From an uncultured bacterium (lineage in GTDB: Bacteria > JAGOEH01), in assembly GCA_964632485.1 (NCBI GenBank), contig CAZWDO010000003.1:1-64000 (forward strand): 64,000 bases of DNA. Direction: 5' to 3'. A program made the position numbers and the translations under genes. Below, piece by piece: positions 60,571 through 64,000 of the stretch. The notes below the pieces were generated by a model. The model worked only from the letters and a program-made list of their open reading frames with translations, was not told where the DNA came from and made no database searches. Within the stretch, counting starts at the first letter, position 1, and each line of letters starts with the position of its first letter.

Positions 60571-61344
60571 ATGCGCGCCAATCCGCTTATCCAGATAATC
60601 ATCCTGATGGTTTTATCCTTTTTGATAATAGTCGGATACGCTTTATTGGATAAACCGTTATCTTTTGGAAGCTTCACTCTGGCTCCGGTTGATTTGTATC
60701 CCCACGAGGACGTAGCGGAAACCGGGATTGATTCCTCGACCGAGTTGCTTTCAGGGGAGGTCTCTAAGGAGGTTGACACTACCTGTCAAAAAATTTTGTT
60801 GATCGGGGATTCCATGTTGGAAGGTTTGATGCTGCGGTTTCGAGACTATGCCGAGTTTAATCAGCATGAATTGATTTCGGTCATCTGGTACAGCTCTCAA
60901 AGTGAATGGTTCGGCACATGTGACACACTCCGGTATTTTATCCGCAAATATAACCCCAGCTATGTTATTCTGGTTCTGGGAGCGAACGAACTATTCGTTA
61001 GCAATATTATCCGTAAACGGTATCGTTATGTACAACATATTGTCAATCAGATAGATTCTCTGCCGTTTGTCTGGGTGGGTCCGCCGAACTGGAAAGAGGA
61101 TACGGGAATCAATGAATTGATTGAGAAAGTAGCCGGCCCAAGCCGTTACTATCCCTCCAAACAATTGACACTGAACCGTAGTTCAGACGGCGCGCATCCG
61201 ACTCATAAAGCCGCCGCCGTGTGGATGGATTCCTTAGCTCAATGGATAGAGACTCGAAGCCATCATCCAATCCGTTTGGAACAGCCCCCATTTCACAACA
61301 ACCAGCGTCCTCGCCTGGAATTACTGCAACCGAAAGAATTCTGA
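60571..61344 (+). CDS. SGNH/GDSL-family periplasmic O-acetyltransferase (PatB/AlgJ-like)
   Basis: N-terminal TM, LLIGDSM, LGANE, DGAHP. Confidence 0.8.
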   Translation: MRANPLIQIIILMVLSFLIIVGYALLDKPLSFGSFTLAPVDLYPHEDVAETGIDSSTELLSGEVSKEVDTTCQKILLIGDSMLEGLMLRFRDYAEFNQHELISVIWYSSQSEWFGTCDTLRYFIRKYNPSYVILVLGANELFVSNIIRKRYRYVQHIVNQIDSLPFVWVGPPNWKEDTGINELIEKVAGPSRYYPSKQLTLNRSSDGAHPTHKAAAVWMDSLAQWIETRSHHPIRLEQPPFHNNQRPRLELLQPKEF

Positions 61345-61346
61345 TT

Positions 61347-62873
61347 ATGTACCTGAATAATCTGGTAAATGGTTTTTTGAAGTACGATCCTGCTACTCCT
61401 ATGTTATTCAACAGCAGCGCTTTTTTTATTTCGTTTATTCTTTTTTTGTCAATTTATACCGTTATCTATCAGAAAAGCAAGTGGATGATTTCCCTTTGGG
61501 TTATTGGCTACAGTCTGTTTTTTTATTATAAGTCCAGCGGTATATATTTTGTATTACTTCTCGTGACAGCCGTTATCGATTACTACGGTGCATTTTTAAT
61601 CCGGCAGATGAGCGATAAATTTTCCCAACGGGTGATACTATTTTGGTTATTGGTATTACATTTCGGATTGTTGGGCTATTTTAAATACACTCATTTTATT
61701 ATTTTTAATCTTCAAATGATTCTGCAAAAAAATTTCGCCTTACAAGAGATTTTTTTGCCGGTAGGCATCTCTTTTTATACGTTTCAATCGGTCAGCTATG
61801 TGCTGGATGTTTATCAGAAAAAGCTTTCCCCCACCCACAATTTTCTGGATTATCTTTTTTTTCTGTCATATTTCCCACAACTGGTTGCCGGGCCAATTGT
61901 TAAGGCCAATCATTTTTTGCCGCAATTAGAGACGACTATTTTAATTTCCCGGAATAAGGTTTGGCAGGGTTTATGGTTGATTATGCTGGGATTAATCAAG
62001 AAAAGTGTAATTGCCGATTATATTTCTCAATTTAATGATTTAGTTTTTAACAATCCACTGGGGTACAGCGGGTTTGAAAATTTGATGGCCATATATGGCT
62101 ATACATTGCAAATCTATTGTGATTTTTGTGGGTATTCCGATATGGCGATTGGTTTGGGTAAAATGATGGGTTTTGATTTGGGTCAAAATTTTCGCTTCCC
62201 GTATCAGGCATTAAATATTACGGATTTCTGGCGTCGCTGGCATATTTCGCTATCCACCTGGTTGAGGGATTATCTTTATATTCCGTTGGGCGGAAATAAA
62301 AAAGGGAAAATCCGCACCTATATTAATCTGATGATCACGATGTTATTGGGGGGGCTTTGGCACGGCGCTGCCTGGCGCTTTGTTTTCTGGGGCGGTGTTC
62401 ATGGAATGGGCTTAGCGCTCCATAAAGCCCTGTCGCCGCTGTTGGATAAAATTCCCTCAGGACGATGGGTTCGTGGGATTTCCTGGCTGCTTACTTTTCA
62501 CTTTGTCATTTTTTTATGGATTTTTTTCCGCGCCGGCGATATTGCGATTTATCCGATTGTGGCAGAACAAGTGGACTTACAACCTCAAATCATCAATGGT
62601 TATCGGGTTGCTTGGATGATGATTGACCGGGTATTGAATCAGTTTGATTTTTTCTATATCATCCCTTTCTGGAAAGCCCGTAAATTATGGTTATTTCTAT
62701 TAACCATCGGGTTTGCCATGCATTTTACGCCGGAACATCTCTGGAAAAAATGGCAGAAGCGGTTTCCGCGATATTCTTGGGGTGTGAAGTTTTTAGTGTT
62801 TTTATTTGTCGCGCAATTAGTGATTCAATTTTCAGGACAGTCGGTTCAACCGTTTATATATTTCCAGTTTTGA
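61347..62873 (+). CDS. MBOAT family O-acyltransferase (AlgI/PatA/DltB-like)
   Basis: LPVGISFYTFQ, FPQLVAGPI, QIYCDFCGYSDMA, FWRRWHISLS, GLWHGA, PFIYFQF. Confidence 0.93.
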   Translation: MYLNNLVNGFLKYDPATPMLFNSSAFFISFILFLSIYTVIYQKSKWMISLWVIGYSLFFYYKSSGIYFVLLLVTAVIDYYGAFLIRQMSDKFSQRVILFWLLVLHFGLLGYFKYTHFIIFNLQMILQKNFALQEIFLPVGISFYTFQSVSYVLDVYQKKLSPTHNFLDYLFFLSYFPQLVAGPIVKANHFLPQLETTILISRNKVWQGLWLIMLGLIKKSVIADYISQFNDLVFNNPLGYSGFENLMAIYGYTLQIYCDFCGYSDMAIGLGKMMGFDLGQNFRFPYQALNITDFWRRWHISLSTWLRDYLYIPLGGNKKGKIRTYINLMITMLLGGLWHGAAWRFVFWGGVHGMGLALHKALSPLLDKIPSGRWVRGISWLLTFHFVIFLWIFFRAGDIAIYPIVAEQVDLQPQIINGYRVAWMMIDRVLNQFDFFYIIPFWKARKLWLFLLTIGFAMHFTPEHLWKKWQKRFPRYSWGVKFLVFLFVAQLVIQFSGQSVQPFIYFQF

Positions 62874-62926
62874 TCAGTGTTTTCAGGGAACAGGCAATTT
62901 GTAATTCAATGGATTTACCCGTTGGA

Positions 62927-63688
62927 TTATACTACACGTCGTAGGCAAGAGATGTAGATGGGGCCACGCCCTCCGGCCCTGTCCGGCAGAATTTGGCGTC
63001 CCCATTTTGTTTGTTCACTTAAAGGGAGTTCCACCCTCAGATTTTCGACGCAATGTTTTTTTTTATGAAAAATACGGTCAATTACGCCGTCATTTTCCAG
63101 CGGCGAAAGAGAGCACGTGATGTAGAAGACAATTCCTCCGGGTTTAATCATGATCAGGGCCGAGCACAGTAGTGCATAGGCGTTTTGGGCCAAATGGCGC
63201 GTCCGGGCCGGAGACCATTGCCCTAAATGTAATTCTGACTGAATCACATGCCGTTCCGATGAGCAGGGAGCATCCAAGAGTATTTTATCGTAACATGATT
63301 TTTCTATGCGGCATCTCGCTGCCGCATCCCCCTGAGTAACCTCAACTTGCGTTCGTAATTCTGTGGGTAAATGTGTGTCAAGAACTTGCCGTAACCGATG
63401 GACCCGGGCCGGAGAGCGGTCATTCGCTACAATTCTGCCCTCTTTCTTCAATCGGGTCGCCAGCGCCAGGCATTTCCCACCCGGCGCCGCGCACATATCC
63501 AAAATGCGTTCATGTCCTTCGATGGCTAATGCTTCAGCCGCCCAATTCGATGCTTCATCTAAAAAATAGGATTTCAGTAACAATCCCTTTAATTCATAAT
63601 ATACAGATTCCCCCCTGAGAGCTGTTTCCAATTGCGTCCACCGATCTCCCCATACCTGTTGATAATAGTCGTTGAACTGGATTTTCAT
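62927..63688 (-). CDS. RsmB/NOP-family RNA m5C methyltransferase
   Basis: LDMCAAPGGK, LLDAPCS, YITCSL..LEN. Confidence 0.9.
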   Translation of the reverse strand: MKIQFNDYYQQVWGDRWTQLETALRGESVYYELKGLLLKSYFLDEASNWAAEALAIEGHERILDMCAAPGGKCLALATRLKKEGRIVANDRSPARVHRLRQVLDTHLPTELRTQVEVTQGDAAARCRIEKSCYDKILLDAPCSSERHVIQSELHLGQWSPARTRHLAQNAYALLCSALIMIKPGGIVFYITCSLSPLENDGVIDRIFHKKKHCVENLRVELPLSEQTKWGRQILPDRAGGRGPIYISCLRRVV

Positions 63689-63883
63689 CGAATCCTTTCG
63701 TTTACATAATAGGTTTGTCTTAAGAAAACGTGTGAAGTAACCGATTTCCCTGAAAATTTGTAGCCGTCTTAGTTATAAATCTATGACCCGTCATGGGATG
63801 TTGTGATTTTCCCATCAGAAGACTCTTGCAACCGGGTATTCCCGGGTTAATGGAATTCTCAATAGATTTCTCAGATTACTATA

Positions 63884-63911
63884 AGTATACTCGTAAAATT
63901 TTTAAAGTCAA
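63884..63911 (-). promoter_or_regulatory. Sigma70-type promoter about 195 nt upstream of the RsmB-like gene
   Basis: TTGACT-16-TATACT. Confidence 0.55.
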
Positions 63912-64000
63912 TAAAAAACTATCGGATATAAAATTTTAATTTTAAGGGGAATAAAATATAAAATATTTGACAATGCCCTGTTTGTTGGTTATCTTTATTT

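Noticed and set aside
61221-61346. N-terminal extension of the MBOAT ORF
   Set aside because: It overlaps the SGNH gene; ATG 61347 follows that gene's stop by 2 nt.
1-64000. CRISPR arrays, IS elements, prophage, and the many 60-160-aa antisense or out-of-frame ORFs in the track
   Set aside because: No regularly spaced repeats, transposase or phage genes were recognised; the short ORFs are shadows of well-supported genes.

Overview
Chromosomal, mostly housekeeping and envelope segment from an anaerobic diderm bacterium. It carries T9SS genes (porU, porV, CTD cargo) together with classical AGGAG Shine-Dalgarno sites and TTGACA/TATAAT promoters, which suggests an FCB-superphylum lineage outside Bacteroidota (inference). 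Two 10-N scaffold gaps indicate a draft or MAG assembly. Contents: a PorE-like OmpA lipoprotein locus ending in a CheD/CNF1-like orphan; two CPA2 antiporter + PTS-EIIA modules; a trimeric HydCBA [FeFe]-hydrogenase with a convergent hemerythrin; purE-tsaE-tsaB and rlu-SSS-dgt runs; tRNA-Ala(GGC); mtnA; a sigma54-promoted serpin / beta-barrel / histidine kinase / NtrC-type regulator operon; an MgtE_N-CorA fusion with a structured leader containing a uORF; a ~14 kb porU(frameshifted)-porV-M6 protease-2x hypothetical-tamB-suhB run preceded by an unannotated 53-aa sigma54-driven ORF; secA with a Cys-rich insert; leuACD; an SGNH + MBOAT O-acetylation pair; and an RsmB/NOP methyltransferase. No CRISPR array, prophage or intact mobile element was seen. 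The best candidates for undescribed biology are the serpin/sigma54 module and the MgtE_N-CorA chimera with its leader.
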